DNA of 48,633 nucleotides, taken from the IMG/VR virus record IMGVR_UViG_3300037295_000153, positions 1 to 48,633 of that record; one strand, written 5' to 3'. The notes under the pieces were generated by a model that had not been told where the DNA came from, searched no databases, and saw nothing but the letters and a program-made list of their open reading frames with translations. This document shows positions 9,585 to 19,700 of the stretch, in pieces. How positions within the stretch are numbered: the stretch's first letter is position 1; the number at the start of each line of letters is the position of its first letter. The translations under genes and the position numbers were made by a program. Source of the DNA: a virus (Duplodnaviria > Caudoviricetes).

Positions 9585-10860
9585 AATAAACAAGGCAAGT
9601 TTTAATCTTGATAATAAAGAGCTAAAGATGTCAATGCCATTTTCAAAGATAGACATAGAAAAAAGAACGGTATCCGGTTGGGCCACGACAGACTCTGTAG
9701 ACCATCAAGACGATATAGTAACGGCAGAAGCGTCTATCTCAGCATTTACTAATTTTAGAAACAACATCAGGGAAATGCATGATGAGAAAAAAGCTGTGGG
9801 AAAGCTTATTTCATTTAAGCAGGATACCTTTTATGACCCAGACACAAACAAGTCTTATAGCGGTATCTTTGTCTCTACATATGTCAGCAAGGGGGCTCAG
9901 GACACATGGGAAAAGGTCCTGGACGGAACCCTTACAGGATTTTCAATCGGAGGAAGCGTAAAAGACTATGAAGACACCTACGACGACGATCTGGGTAAGT
10001 CGATAAGGATAATCAAAGAGTATGATCTTTTTGAGCTTTCACTAGTGGACAATCCTGCCAATCAATACGCAAACGTGATTAGTATTGAAAAAGGTCATAC
10101 AGGGGGGTATCTTTCTAAGGCCCTCATCGAAAACGTATTTTGGTGTAATGATGATAACGTAGTTCAATTAAGTTCTGACAGTTTATCAAGTTGCCCTAGA
10201 TGCGACAAGGGTATGAGCAACATTGGTTTCGTTGAGACTAATGATGCACAAAAGACAGAAGTAGTAAAGTCTATTCTTTCTACTGTCAAAAATGATGCAA
10301 AGGAGGTAAGCAAAATGAATAACGATACAGTTGAAACAGATCCTACAGAAGAACCAGCGGAAGCTGTTGTAGAAAAATCTGTTGACTCGGAAGTAGAAAA
10401 ATCTGAAGACTCCGAAGTTGAAAAAGCTTCCGTCGAAAAAGACGAAGCAGAAGATGAAGTGGTCGAAGAAAAGTCTATGCACGAAGAAAAAGACATGGAC
10501 GAAAAAGACCCCATGGAAGAAGAAAAGTCCATGAGTGCTGATGAAAAAGGCAAAGACGATATGTTAGAGCAAACAAAAGCACTGTCTGATCAAATCCACA
10601 CGACACTCAGCAACATTGCTGACACAATGAAAGTTCTTAATGAGAAGGTAGAAGAGCTCAATAAGACCGTTGTGGGAGTCAAGGAAGATGTCAATACAGT
10701 AAAAAATGAGTTTGGAAAGCGTGTAGATGCAGTGGAAAAAGATACTGCTTTCCGTAAGTCTGGCGACCTTGGAGAGGTTGTGCAGGAGCCAATTTTCGAA
10801 AAGGCTAAAAGATCGCTATGGGATGGACGTTTCCTCACGAAGTCCGACCTATTTAACTAA
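9577..10860 (+). CDS. HK97-type prohead protease fused to acidic/coiled-coil scaffold
   Basis: VSGWAT..VD..DDIV, IREMH, GTLTGFSIGG, ELSLVDNPAN; CxxC linker; EKS-rich C-terminus; start may be 9565 or 9577. Confidence 0.88.
   Translation: MSRINKASFNLDNKELKMSMPFSKIDIEKRTVSGWATTDSVDHQDDIVTAEASISAFTNFRNNIREMHDEKKAVGKLISFKQDTFYDPDTNKSYSGIFVSTYVSKGAQDTWEKVLDGTLTGFSIGGSVKDYEDTYDDDLGKSIRIIKEYDLFELSLVDNPANQYANVISIEKGHTGGYLSKALIENVFWCNDDNVVQLSSDSLSSCPRCDKGMSNIGFVETNDAQKTEVVKSILSTVKNDAKEVSKMNNDTVETDPTEEPAEAVVEKSVDSEVEKSEDSEVEKASVEKDEAEDEVVEEKSMHEEKDMDEKDPMEEEKSMSADEKGKDDMLEQTKALSDQIHTTLSNIADTMKVLNEKVEELNKTVVGVKEDVNTVKNEFGKRVDAVEKDTAFRKSGDLGEVVQEPIFEKAKRSLWDGRFLTKSDLFN
10315..10860 (+). CDS. nested in-frame scaffolding protein (internal start)
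   Basis: AGGAGGT at 10301-10307, 7 nt before an in-frame ATG at the start of the acidic region. Confidence 0.65.
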   Translation: MNNDTVETDPTEEPAEAVVEKSVDSEVEKSEDSEVEKASVEKDEAEDEVVEEKSMHEEKDMDEKDPMEEEKSMSADEKGKDDMLEQTKALSDQIHTTLSNIADTMKVLNEKVEELNKTVVGVKEDVNTVKNEFGKRVDAVEKDTAFRKSGDLGEVVQEPIFEKAKRSLWDGRFLTKSDLFN

Positions 10861-10890
10861 AAATAAAAGAAAAAATGGAGGTGAAGTACA

Positions 10891-12021
10891 ATGTCAGAAG
10901 AAATCTTAAAGAATCAGCCAAGTGAAGCCGGTGAATACGGAGATCCAAACCCAGGTTTATTCCAGGGTCAAGGAGCTGTTGCAGCAGGTGGAATTGGCGG
11001 AGTAACTGATCCAGCCGCTGGCGTAGTAGGAAATATTCCTAACGCTAACTATGGAGTAACAACAGGACCAAACGCTGTCAACCCAACTGGTGTTGCTGGC
11101 GGAATCCTGAATCCAGAACAGGCTCGTCGTTTTATCGACTATGTTTGGGATGGTAGCGTTCTTGCCAAGGATGGCCGCAAGGTCACGATGAGAGCAAACA
11201 CGATGGAGATTGAAAAAGTCAACGTTGGTGAGCGTGTTATTCGCGCTGCTTCTCAAGCACTTGGAGAGTATACAAACGCCGGAGCAACTTTCACAAAAGT
11301 TGAACTAACCACAAAAAAGATTCGTCTTGACTGGGAAGTTTCAACAGAGTCACTAGAAGATAATATCGAAGGTGGAGCACTTGAGGATCATCTTGTTCGC
11401 ATGATGACAAGTGCTTTTGCAAATGACATCGAAGATCTAGCAATTAATGGTGACGGCGGTGCAGATCCATTCCTCGGTATTATGAATGGTTTTGTTAATC
11501 AAGTCACTACAGGTGGAGACGCTCATGAGGCAGTCGTTACTGTTTCAGCAAATGCATGGACCCCAGAAACAATGCAGCAAATCATTTACGCATTGCCACG
11601 CAAGTACCGTGCAGTAAAAAGCAACCTTAAGTTCTACGCTGGCACGGATACCTTTGCAGGTATCGTTGCAAGCAACGGAACACTTGCCGATGCAATTGCA
11701 GCAGCATTTGATCCTAGAGTTGCTGGTACTTCAGAACGCAGAGAGAACTACCTTAGTGGTGCAGGACAGACCCTTGGTGGAGCTAACGTCACTCGCGTAC
11801 TTGGTATCGATGTTATGGAAGTTCCTTACTACCCTGCGGATTATGTCGATCTGACATTCCCACAGAACCGTGTTTGGGGATTCCAAAGAGACATCACAGT
11901 TAACCGTGAGTACAAGGCCAAGAAAGATACAATCGAATACACAGTGTTCGTTCGTCTTGGCATCACATGGGAAGAACTAGATGCAGTAGCTTACGCAGAC
12001 GCGGCAGCCGACGTATCCTGA
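10891..12021 (+). CDS. major capsid protein (HK97 fold)
   Basis: GGILNPEQARRFID, VELTTKKIRL, FANDIEDLAINGDG; SD GGAGGTG; follows protease. Confidence 0.9.
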   Translation: MSEEILKNQPSEAGEYGDPNPGLFQGQGAVAAGGIGGVTDPAAGVVGNIPNANYGVTTGPNAVNPTGVAGGILNPEQARRFIDYVWDGSVLAKDGRKVTMRANTMEIEKVNVGERVIRAASQALGEYTNAGATFTKVELTTKKIRLDWEVSTESLEDNIEGGALEDHLVRMMTSAFANDIEDLAINGDGGADPFLGIMNGFVNQVTTGGDAHEAVVTVSANAWTPETMQQIIYALPRKYRAVKSNLKFYAGTDTFAGIVASNGTLADAIAAAFDPRVAGTSERRENYLSGAGQTLGGANVTRVLGIDVMEVPYYPADYVDLTFPQNRVWGFQRDITVNREYKAKKDTIEYTVFVRLGITWEELDAVAYADAAADVS

Positions 12022-12033
12022 TAGTAAAAATAT

Positions 12034-12068
12034 CTTAGGGGGGCGGGTATAACACTCGCCCTCCTAAG
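12034..12068 (+). terminator. hairpin after major capsid gene
   Basis: CTTAGGGGGGCGGGT / ACTCGCCCTCCTAAG. Confidence 0.75.
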
Positions 12069-12106
12069 TATATTCTGATATAATTAAACCTAAGAGAGGT
12101 GTAAAA

Positions 12107-12565
12107 ATGTCAAACTTTGAAAAAATGACCGTTGTTCAGCTTAAAGAATATGCCAAGGATAATGGCGTAGATCTTGACGGAGCAAAAACAAAAACAAGTA
12201 TTCTTTCTATTTTGGTGGGTATAGGATCAACTGCTGGAGAGTCAGAAAACAAAAGCGTCATCAGCTCGGAAATTACTTCTCCCAAAGCTAAGGCTGTAAA
12301 ATCTCCGATAAAGGTAGATGACATGGGGATAATCACAACGGCCACAGCGGATAACTTCAAGGACAAGATATTTAGCTCAAAGCCAAAGATAGAAGAAGTA
12401 AAAAAGGTTGCAATTTATTCAGAAAAAAACATGAATTGGAACAGTATAGGAAGAATATCCAAGGGATATAATATTGTTACAAAGGAGGCAGCCGATATGT
12501 GGCTTACCCGAAAGGGAATTCGTGAAGCAGAACCCGAAGAAGTAGCAACACATTACGGCCTATAG
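12107..12565 (+). CDS. protein with N-terminal HeH/Rho-N-like helical domain
   Basis: MTVVQLKEYAKDNGVDLDGAKTKTSILSIL; TGATATAAT at 12076 and SD GAGGTG. Confidence 0.7.
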   Translation: MSNFEKMTVVQLKEYAKDNGVDLDGAKTKTSILSILVGIGSTAGESENKSVISSEITSPKAKAVKSPIKVDDMGIITTATADNFKDKIFSSKPKIEEVKKVAIYSEKNMNWNSIGRISKGYNIVTKEAADMWLTRKGIREAEPEEVATHYGL

Positions 12566-12567
12566 AC

Positions 12568-13527
12568 ATGGACCTATTAAGACAAACACCCTTTAACTTT
12601 TCAATAAGCTTTTCAGTACCGTCTATATCAACAGACCACATCTTAGAAATATATGGAAGCCGTGGAGACGCAATTGTTTCTGAAGTTCTAACCTCTAATG
12701 CATCTGGAGTGATTACATATGAACTTCCTATGGGATTTCAAAAGTATGATGCATCTTACCCAGTATACATATACACAATAGATGTAGATGACTTAGCAGA
12801 TGAAACAGTGGTCATAGATACACTTTACATATATAGACCCTACATCAACCCCATAACGCTTTCAACTGGTACAGATTGTGATGCAGCTGAATACACTCAG
12901 CTAGAAAAAACAGCAAGATTTATCCTTGACACCCTCGTTGGAGGATTTTACTACGAGTCAAAAGCTATTGAGTTGACTGGCCTTGGATTGGATTACCTGC
13001 CACTACCCAAAAAAGCAAGTAGAATAAACTATGTTTATCAAAACAACGTGGCGGTATACAATAGATTGGTTCCGTTATCTGGTCAATATACTTATCTTAT
13101 TAGCCCAGATAAAACATCACTAACAATAGACCTTGTTGGAGAATACAACAAAAAAGAATCTAGGAGTGTGCAGTTGCCAATGGCCGCATCTGATTCCTTA
13201 ATGCTTTCTTCAGAAAATTATGACCAGGTTATCTCTCTAACCAATGGCGGAGGCAGCTCATTCTTTCCCAAGGGGGCTGACTTCACTATTTATGGCGAGT
13301 GGGGGTGGCCAGTAGTTCCACAAGAAATAAAAGAAGCGACTAGAATTCTTATTGATGACATTAAGTGTGGAAGGCTTGCCTATGTTAGTAGATATGTAAC
13401 AGAATATGAAACAGACCAGTTTAGAGTAAAGTATGGGGATCTTGCATCAAGTGGATCGGGGAATCTAATTGTGGATAAGATTATACAAAAATACTCTATA
13501 CCTATCTACAGATTAGGGGTGCTTTAG
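12568..13527 (+). CDS. head-tail adaptor-like protein
   Basis: Position after capsid; G(E)WGWPVVPQEIKEATRIL resembles adaptor motif. Confidence 0.65.
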   Translation: MDLLRQTPFNFSISFSVPSISTDHILEIYGSRGDAIVSEVLTSNASGVITYELPMGFQKYDASYPVYIYTIDVDDLADETVVIDTLYIYRPYINPITLSTGTDCDAAEYTQLEKTARFILDTLVGGFYYESKAIELTGLGLDYLPLPKKASRINYVYQNNVAVYNRLVPLSGQYTYLISPDKTSLTIDLVGEYNKKESRSVQLPMAASDSLMLSSENYDQVISLTNGGGSSFFPKGADFTIYGEWGWPVVPQEIKEATRILIDDIKCGRLAYVSRYVTEYETDQFRVKYGDLASSGSGNLIVDKIIQKYSIPIYRLGVL

Positions 13528-13977
13528 TTGTTTTGTGATCCAGAAGCATTCTATTCAATGAACTTGGATGTTTATTATTCTTATCAATCTCAAGATGCAT
13601 TTGGCGCAGCAATCAAAACCTGGAACCTAAATCAAACACTCATTGGCTATGTTCAGCAGGAAGGTTCAATGGAAAAAAATTCCTTAAAGGCAGAAACATT
13701 TTTTGAGTACAGCAACAGGTTGGTGGGAAGAACATATGTTGATCCAAGAATCTCTATGGAGGGAACAGGCTATCCAATAACTAGCATGTTGATAACAAAC
13801 ATACAAGACTCTAAAACTGGAACCACATTCTACACAGAAAGTGCTGGAAAGAGGTCTGGAAAGCCAACGATATACGACGTAATGTCTGTAGATCCACACA
13901 TAAACCCCTGGAATGAAATAGAGTATTACAAGGTTTACTTTGTTCGTTCTGATTTGCAGGAGATAAATCGTGATTAG
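13528..13977 (+). CDS. head closure/stopper-like protein
   Basis: Size and synteny; QDAFGAAIKTW motif; start uncertain. Confidence 0.55.
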   Translation: MFCDPEAFYSMNLDVYYSYQSQDAFGAAIKTWNLNQTLIGYVQQEGSMEKNSLKAETFFEYSNRLVGRTYVDPRISMEGTGYPITSMLITNIQDSKTGTTFYTESAGKRSGKPTIYDVMSVDPHINPWNEIEYYKVYFVRSDLQEINRD

Positions 13978-14656
13978 TATAAAAATGGATGTAAAGATGC
14001 TTGAGAGATTCTTAAGAAATGCCGTATCTTACGGTAATGGATTTTTAGAGGGCGTGGCCTTGGAAAGATTAAACTTTAATAGAGTGCTGGCTGGAGTAAC
14101 CGTAGAAGCTTTGGGAGAGTACATAGACCAAAAGGCAAGAATGAATTCTGATACCCTGCATCATGTCTATGAGTGGGGTCAGGTTGGAAATAGCTCAGCC
14201 AGGTTGTTTAACTTTAGTGTAAAATCTGGAAAAACCTTTATCTCTATATCTGGAAGTTTTTTGCCATCAAAGTCTATTTCAGAAACATCCTCAGAGCCGT
14301 TTGTAAACAAAGCAGATGTTATGGAAAACAAGATAGCTATAACAATAACACCGAAAAACTCAGAGGTTCTTGCTTTTGAGAGTGAGGGAGAGATGGTGTT
14401 TACATCAAGCGATGTGTACATAGCTAATCCTGGTGGGGACATGGTTGCAGGAAGTTTTGGCTCTGTAGTAGACGAATTTTTTCAACAATACTTTACGTCC
14501 TCAATCCTCAGACAACTCTTGGCAGATTTAAGAACTCCACAAGAGTTTTCTAGACTTTTTCCTCAAGGGGTAGAATCTGGTGGAAGGTCTATGGGGGTTG
14601 CTGCTGGAAGAAAATATTTTAAGGTAAGAGGGGCAGGGTTAAATGAGTCTTTCTAA
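13970..14656 (+). CDS. neck/tail completion-like protein
   Basis: Synteny; overlapping start/stop with neighbours. Confidence 0.5.
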   Translation: MISIKMDVKMLERFLRNAVSYGNGFLEGVALERLNFNRVLAGVTVEALGEYIDQKARMNSDTLHHVYEWGQVGNSSARLFNFSVKSGKTFISISGSFLPSKSISETSSEPFVNKADVMENKIAITITPKNSEVLAFESEGEMVFTSSDVYIANPGGDMVAGSFGSVVDEFFQQYFTSSILRQLLADLRTPQEFSRLFPQGVESGGRSMGVAAGRKYFKVRGAGLNESF

Positions 14657-15176
14657 CTTCGGGTTTGCCCCAACTGTTGTGAATAATTACCTCTGGAGCG
14701 TAATGAAGTTGGTGGAGCCATCTCTTTCTAGTTCATCAAACTATGGATCAACCATTCCCTTTCTCCCGCTAGGCGACGCGGCAGCGGGAACCCTGGGGTG
14801 GGAAGACAAAACGTATGTTATATATGACAGAATGTTTAAAGCAATGAAAGACCCATCCTATTGGGTGAAGTGTGAAGAGGTTAAGTATCAGTTAAAGGCA
14901 AAAGAGCAAGATACTTTTATTTGGGGATCTGCAATACAGCAAATTCTTGACAGACACGATGATGCAGCAAAGGATGTTAATAGTTGGATAAGGAGCAATG
15001 GTGGGGATAACGCTTATCCCATATTCTTCCATAGTCTAAGGGTGTTTCAGCTATCAGCAAATCTGGCGAGCGATTCAACAAACACAAGAGATTTGAGCTC
15101 AAGGTCTTTTTATGTAACAGAGTTTGCAGTCGATATGAAATACCACTACACGAAATCCATAGAGGATTACCTATAA
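14643..15176 (+). CDS. tail terminator-like protein
   Basis: Immediately before major tail gene; typical size. Confidence 0.5.
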   Translation: MSLSNFGFAPTVVNNYLWSVMKLVEPSLSSSSNYGSTIPFLPLGDAAAGTLGWEDKTYVIYDRMFKAMKDPSYWVKCEEVKYQLKAKEQDTFIWGSAIQQILDRHDDAAKDVNSWIRSNGGDNAYPIFFHSLRVFQLSANLASDSTNTRDLSSRSFYVTEFAVDMKYHYTKSIEDYL

Positions 15177-15244
15177 AACGGTGATATAATATAAAAGAGG
15201 GAACGTCACCATAAATAAAAATATGGAGAAAGAGGTGAAAAGAT

Positions 15245-15925
15245 ATGGCATATACACGCGGAGATTCAAAAAACATTATTGTCGGCGCAGCAGCAATGTT
15301 CGTTTCGACTAGTGCAGATTTTGATCCAGCTACAGTAGTCTTCCCAGACTTTGTTGAGGATACAAAATACATTGACACGCTAACAGACTCAGTAGATGGT
15401 CAAGCTTTGGTTCGGAACATTGGTTACACGACCAATGGTCTCGAACTTCAGTTTCAGCCAGATTTTGGGGAGGTTCAGGTAGATCAACTTCTTGACGTTG
15501 CAAAATTGTATAAGCAAGGAATGCAAGTTAATCTTAATACTGCTTTTGCAGAGGCTACGCTTGAGAACCTTTTGGTTGCTATTGCAGCACCATCAGCTGA
15601 TTATAATGAAAGCACAACACTTGACAATCCAATGGATAGTGGACCTGCATCAACAGCATCCGTGCTTGAAATGACTTCAGGAGCTATTGGCGAATGTCCA
15701 GTAGAAAGAGGTCTTGTTGCAGTTGGACCAGGCACAGGAGACTGTGACCCAGGAGCATACATTGAGCGCATTTATGTTGCTTACCGTGCTCTGTCTATTG
15801 ACAGTGTGACTGTATCAGCAAAAAGAGATGAAGCTTCTATGTTTGAAGTTTCATTCCGTTTGCTTCCGGCAAACAGCGGTTCTTATGGAAAAATTGTTGA
15901 TAGAACGATTAACTCTACGACCTGA
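15245..15925 (+). CDS. major tail (tube) protein
   Basis: NIIVGAA, IGYTTNGLEL, VDQLLD, AEATLENL, FEVSFRLLP; TGATATAAT at 15182; SD GAGGTG; own terminator. Confidence 0.85.
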   Translation: MAYTRGDSKNIIVGAAAMFVSTSADFDPATVVFPDFVEDTKYIDTLTDSVDGQALVRNIGYTTNGLELQFQPDFGEVQVDQLLDVAKLYKQGMQVNLNTAFAEATLENLLVAIAAPSADYNESTTLDNPMDSGPASTASVLEMTSGAIGECPVERGLVAVGPGTGDCDPGAYIERIYVAYRALSIDSVTVSAKRDEASMFEVSFRLLPANSGSYGKIVDRTINSTT

Positions 15926-15950
15926 TAAAACATAATAATAACTGAATAGT

Positions 15951-15986
15951 CAGCAGCCCCTAGTGCGTTTTGCACGGGGGCTGTTG
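15951..15986 (+). terminator. hairpin after major tail gene
   Basis: CAGCAGCCCC..GTGC / GCAC GGGGCTGTTG followed by TCATTTT. Confidence 0.75.
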
Positions 15987-16058
15987 TCATTTTCCACCGT
16001 TATTTTCCTGGGGTAGCTATGATATACTTTACCTATTAAATACCAGAAAGGGTAAAAA

Positions 16059-16394
16059 ATGGCCACAAGCGTATATGAAACAACAGAAATCGAACTTATG
16101 GATGGTACAAAGATTAAGGTACGACCACTAAAGATTTCTCTTCTCAGAGAGTTTATGAAGAAGTTCGAAAGCATTGCAAAGGTAGCAGAAGACAACAGCA
16201 AGTCAATGGACATTCTTATAGATTGTGTTCAGATTGCAATGAAGCAATACTCACCAGAGCTGGCTACAGATCGTGAAAAACTAGAAGATGTGATAGACCT
16301 TCCAAACGTCTACAAAGTAGTAGAAGCAGCATCGGGAATTAAGTTTGATGACGAGGGAAACGTAGCGGCGACGGCGATTCGTGGTCTGAGCTAG
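16059..16394 (+). CDS. tail assembly chaperone (gpG-like)
   Basis: Between major tail and tape measure; slippery heptamer near 3' end. Confidence 0.8.
   Translation: MATSVYETTEIELMDGTKIKVRPLKISLLREFMKKFESIAKVAEDNSKSMDILIDCVQIAMKQYSPELATDREKLEDVIDLPNVYKVVEAASGIKFDDEGNVAATAIRGLS
16355..16361 (+). other. programmed -1 ribosomal frameshift site G GGA AAC
   Basis: X XXY YYZ in the correct phase; -1 frame is open (RSGDGDSWSELDLVKIESEVFLL...) into ORF 16418-16753. Confidence 0.85.
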
Positions 16395-16753
16395 ATCTTG
16401 TAAAGATAGAGTCCGAAGTGTTTCTTTTGGGAATATGGAAAGACTTTCAAGACATAGAAGACAGCCTCTGCATGGCAGAGTTAACAGTAATCCTCGTCGC
16501 TAAAAGAGAAAAAGAATATGAAGATAAAAAATTTCTCGCAGCCTTAAAGGGAATAAACCTGGATGGCGAAAGCTCTCAAAAGGGGCAAAAAGAGTGGGAA
16601 GATATGAAGTCTAGAGTATTTACTGGAGGATCAGCAAAAGACTCTAACGACATAACCTCATTGCAGGGTCAGAATGCAGCTAAAGCTGGTTTTGGAATAA
16701 AGAACGGCTTGGAGTATGATTCATCAAACACCTCTAAGAATCCTATGAGATAA
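16361..16753 (+). CDS. tail assembly chaperone frameshift extension (gpT-like part of G-T fusion)
   Basis: No good SD at GTG 16418; reached by -1 slip. Confidence 0.8.
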   Translation, partial: RSGDGDSWSELDLVKIESEVFLLGIWKDFQDIEDSLCMAELTVILVAKREKEYEDKKFLAALKGINLDGESSQKGQKEWEDMKSRVFTGGSAKDSNDITSLQGQNAAKAGFGIKNGLEYDSSNTSKNPMR

Positions 16754-16781
16754 TGGTATAATTCACTAGAGGTGATAGTTC

Positions 16782-19700
16782 ATGGCTAACGACGTAAATG
16801 CTAATATTAACATAGGGGTTGACTCTACTCAAGCCCTTGCATCACTGAGGTCTTTGCAAAGCCAAATATCCACTTTCAACAAGTCCGTAATAGCAAGCAA
16901 CGCATCCGCTATCGCAGCCCAGAAAGGGGCGGTGGCTGGACTTGCGGCCCAAATAGGGGCAACAAAACAGTTCTCGACATCAATAGTAAACGTCGAATCT
17001 AGCGTATCTCGGCTGGGTAGGTCCATAGACTCAAACAGACTGTCCCTTGGACAATACTTTAGGTATGGAATTGCCTCAAGTAAAACTTTTGGGAGTGTGT
17101 TTAAAAAAGAACACATAGAGATGACTGCTGTCGCGTCCTCAAGAGTAAAAGCCCTTCAAACTCAATACATTGCTTTGGCGGCTTCCCAAAATGGATTAAC
17201 CAAGTCCATGGCAGTAAGACCTTTAAATCTATTTAACGCATCTACAGCAATAGCAACCCAGAGACAGATGTTATTTGGAAAAATGCTTAGAGATGGATCG
17301 ACCGCATTAGTTAACTTTGGTAAAAATACTCAGTGGGCTGGTAGGCAGTTGATGGTTGGATTTACCGTTCCTTTGACAATTTTTGGAGGAATAGCTGGAA
17401 AAATCTTCATGGACTTAGAAAAGCAGATAGTTAATTTTAGAAGAGTGTATGGAGATGCCACAACACCGCTAGAAGAAACTAACGGAATGATCGAGCAGAT
17501 AAAAGAGCTTGGTTCTGAGTTTACGAAGTACGGCATTGCTGTAAAGGACACGATGAAGCTTGCCGGAGACGCCGCCGCCGCAGGTGCGTCAGGAGACGAC
17601 TTAGTGGCTCAGACCGTCGGTGCCACGCGTCTTTCAACTCTTGGTATGATAGATCAGCAGCAGGCATTGACGGCTACGATTGCCCTCCAGTCTGCGTTTA
17701 AACTAAGCTCTGACGAGCTTAATGAATCTGTAAACTTCTTGAACGCAGTAGAGAACCAAACTGTTTTGTCTCTTGATGACGTCACGATTGCGATTCCAAA
17801 AGTGGCTACCATTATCAAGGGGCTTGGCGGAGATGTTCAGGACCTATCAGTCTTCCTAGCGGCAATGCGCGAAGGTGGGGTTAATGCTGCAGAGGGAGCA
17901 AACGCACTGAAGTCAGGTCTTGCCTCTTTAATTAACCCTACAAAAGGAGCAAGAGACCAGCTTGAAGCGGTAGGAATAAACATCGACTCAATTATTAACG
18001 CCAACAAAGGGGACATTAGAGGGATGGTAATGTCTTTTGGGGAAGCTCTGGGAACTTTAGATAAATTCTCAAAGCAGCAAACACTTGCAAAGGTTTTTGG
18101 AAAGTTTCAGTTTGCAAGACTTGGGGCACTGTTTGAAAACATAAACGAAGATGGATCTCAAGCACAGAGGGTAATTGACCTTACTGGTCAAAGCGTTGAA
18201 CAGTTAGCTGAACTTGCAGATAAAGAGCTTGGAGCCATCGAGGATTCCATTGGTGTAAAGTTTACAGGAGCCCTAGAAAGACTAAAGCTTGCAATCGCCC
18301 CAATTGGAGAGATGTTTCTAAGAATTGCAACCCCAATAATTGAAGTGGTAACAAGGCTTTTGAGTAAGTTTGACGATCTTAGTCCAGGAGTCAAGACTTT
18401 TATTACCGTTCTTATGGCAGGGGTAGGAATAGTTGTCCCATCAGTAATTATGCTAATTGGTCTGTTTGCTAACTTTATTGGTCAAGCTGTAAAGGGTGCT
18501 GCTATGTTCAACAACTTCTTTAATAGAATTCGGGGTGGAGGATCAGATTTGAAGTATTTGTCTTCTGCAGAACTTGATGCAGCCGCAGCTGCCGCTTCTC
18601 TAGAAGGAAAAACAACAAGCCTGACCAATGCACTAAACTTACAGAAAACTTCCGTAATGAACCTTTCTAGAGCCTATCAAAACTATGCGGCAAGTGCAGT
18701 ATCCACAGCAGCGATTATTCCTAGAGGCTTCTCTGGTGGAGCACCGGGGGCAGCCCCAAGGAGGATGGCAACTGGTGGATTTGTTGCGGGAAGGGGAAAC
18801 AAAGACACAGAGCCAGCATTGCTTACCCCAGGAGAGTTTGTAATTAATGCAGAATCCTCTAAGAGGTTTGGACCACTGCTTACATCCATCAACGAGGGTA
18901 ATTTTGGAATGTTTAACGAAGGAAGAACTTTTGGAAAAAGGTCATTTGACGTAGGAGGGGAAAGTATATCTCTAAGCGTCGCTAACAAATCAACAGAGGC
19001 TGCGATTAACCGTAGAATTGCAGAAGCTTCGGGTATAGGCGAATCAGCATTAAGGGCTCTTGGCAGAGAGTTAAATCAATTAGTTAACGAGGTGGGTCTT
19101 TTAACTCCGCAAATAGATAGTGCCCTGAGAGCGGCACCAGAGCTAAGTGGAATGAGATCCATAAAAGACAAAAATTATTCGGCACCAGAGTTTATAAGAA
19201 AACAAACTGCAGGCCTAGGATGGGAATCAAAATCTAAAGAGATAGAGGCAATACAGTCAAGAGTTGCTCAAAAGTGGAACCAGTACGGGGGGGCTACGGA
19301 AAAACAGCTAGGAAATATGGCTTCCGTCCAAGCCTCTCACTTAACAAAGATGGAGGACAGCTTTGGGGGCAAGATTTGGTCACCAAAAAACCTGACCCCA
19401 GACCTGGGAGCTATAAACAACTACCTTAACAGAGTAGAGTCAATGACACTAGACACTGCCAACGGTTCTGAGGTAATGAGCGAGCTAGTAAAAGCAACAG
19501 GTATGGAGTATCAAGAAGTGTTGTCGGAAGTCCAGCGCCTCCAACAGGGAATTCACCCACAAACAAGGGAATCTTTCGAGGTTTTAGATGCCTTGGCAGG
19601 ACTAGATGAGCAATACTCTTTGCAGGAAATACAAGCAAGAGAGCAAACAGGTTTGTCACAAAAAAGAACAGGACAAATGAAGAATGCTTTGGGGGTAAAC

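Noticed and set aside
18758-18767. AAGGAGG next to an in-frame ATG in the tape measure as internal start
   Set aside because: Zero spacing between SD and ATG; explained by Pro-Arg-Arg codons
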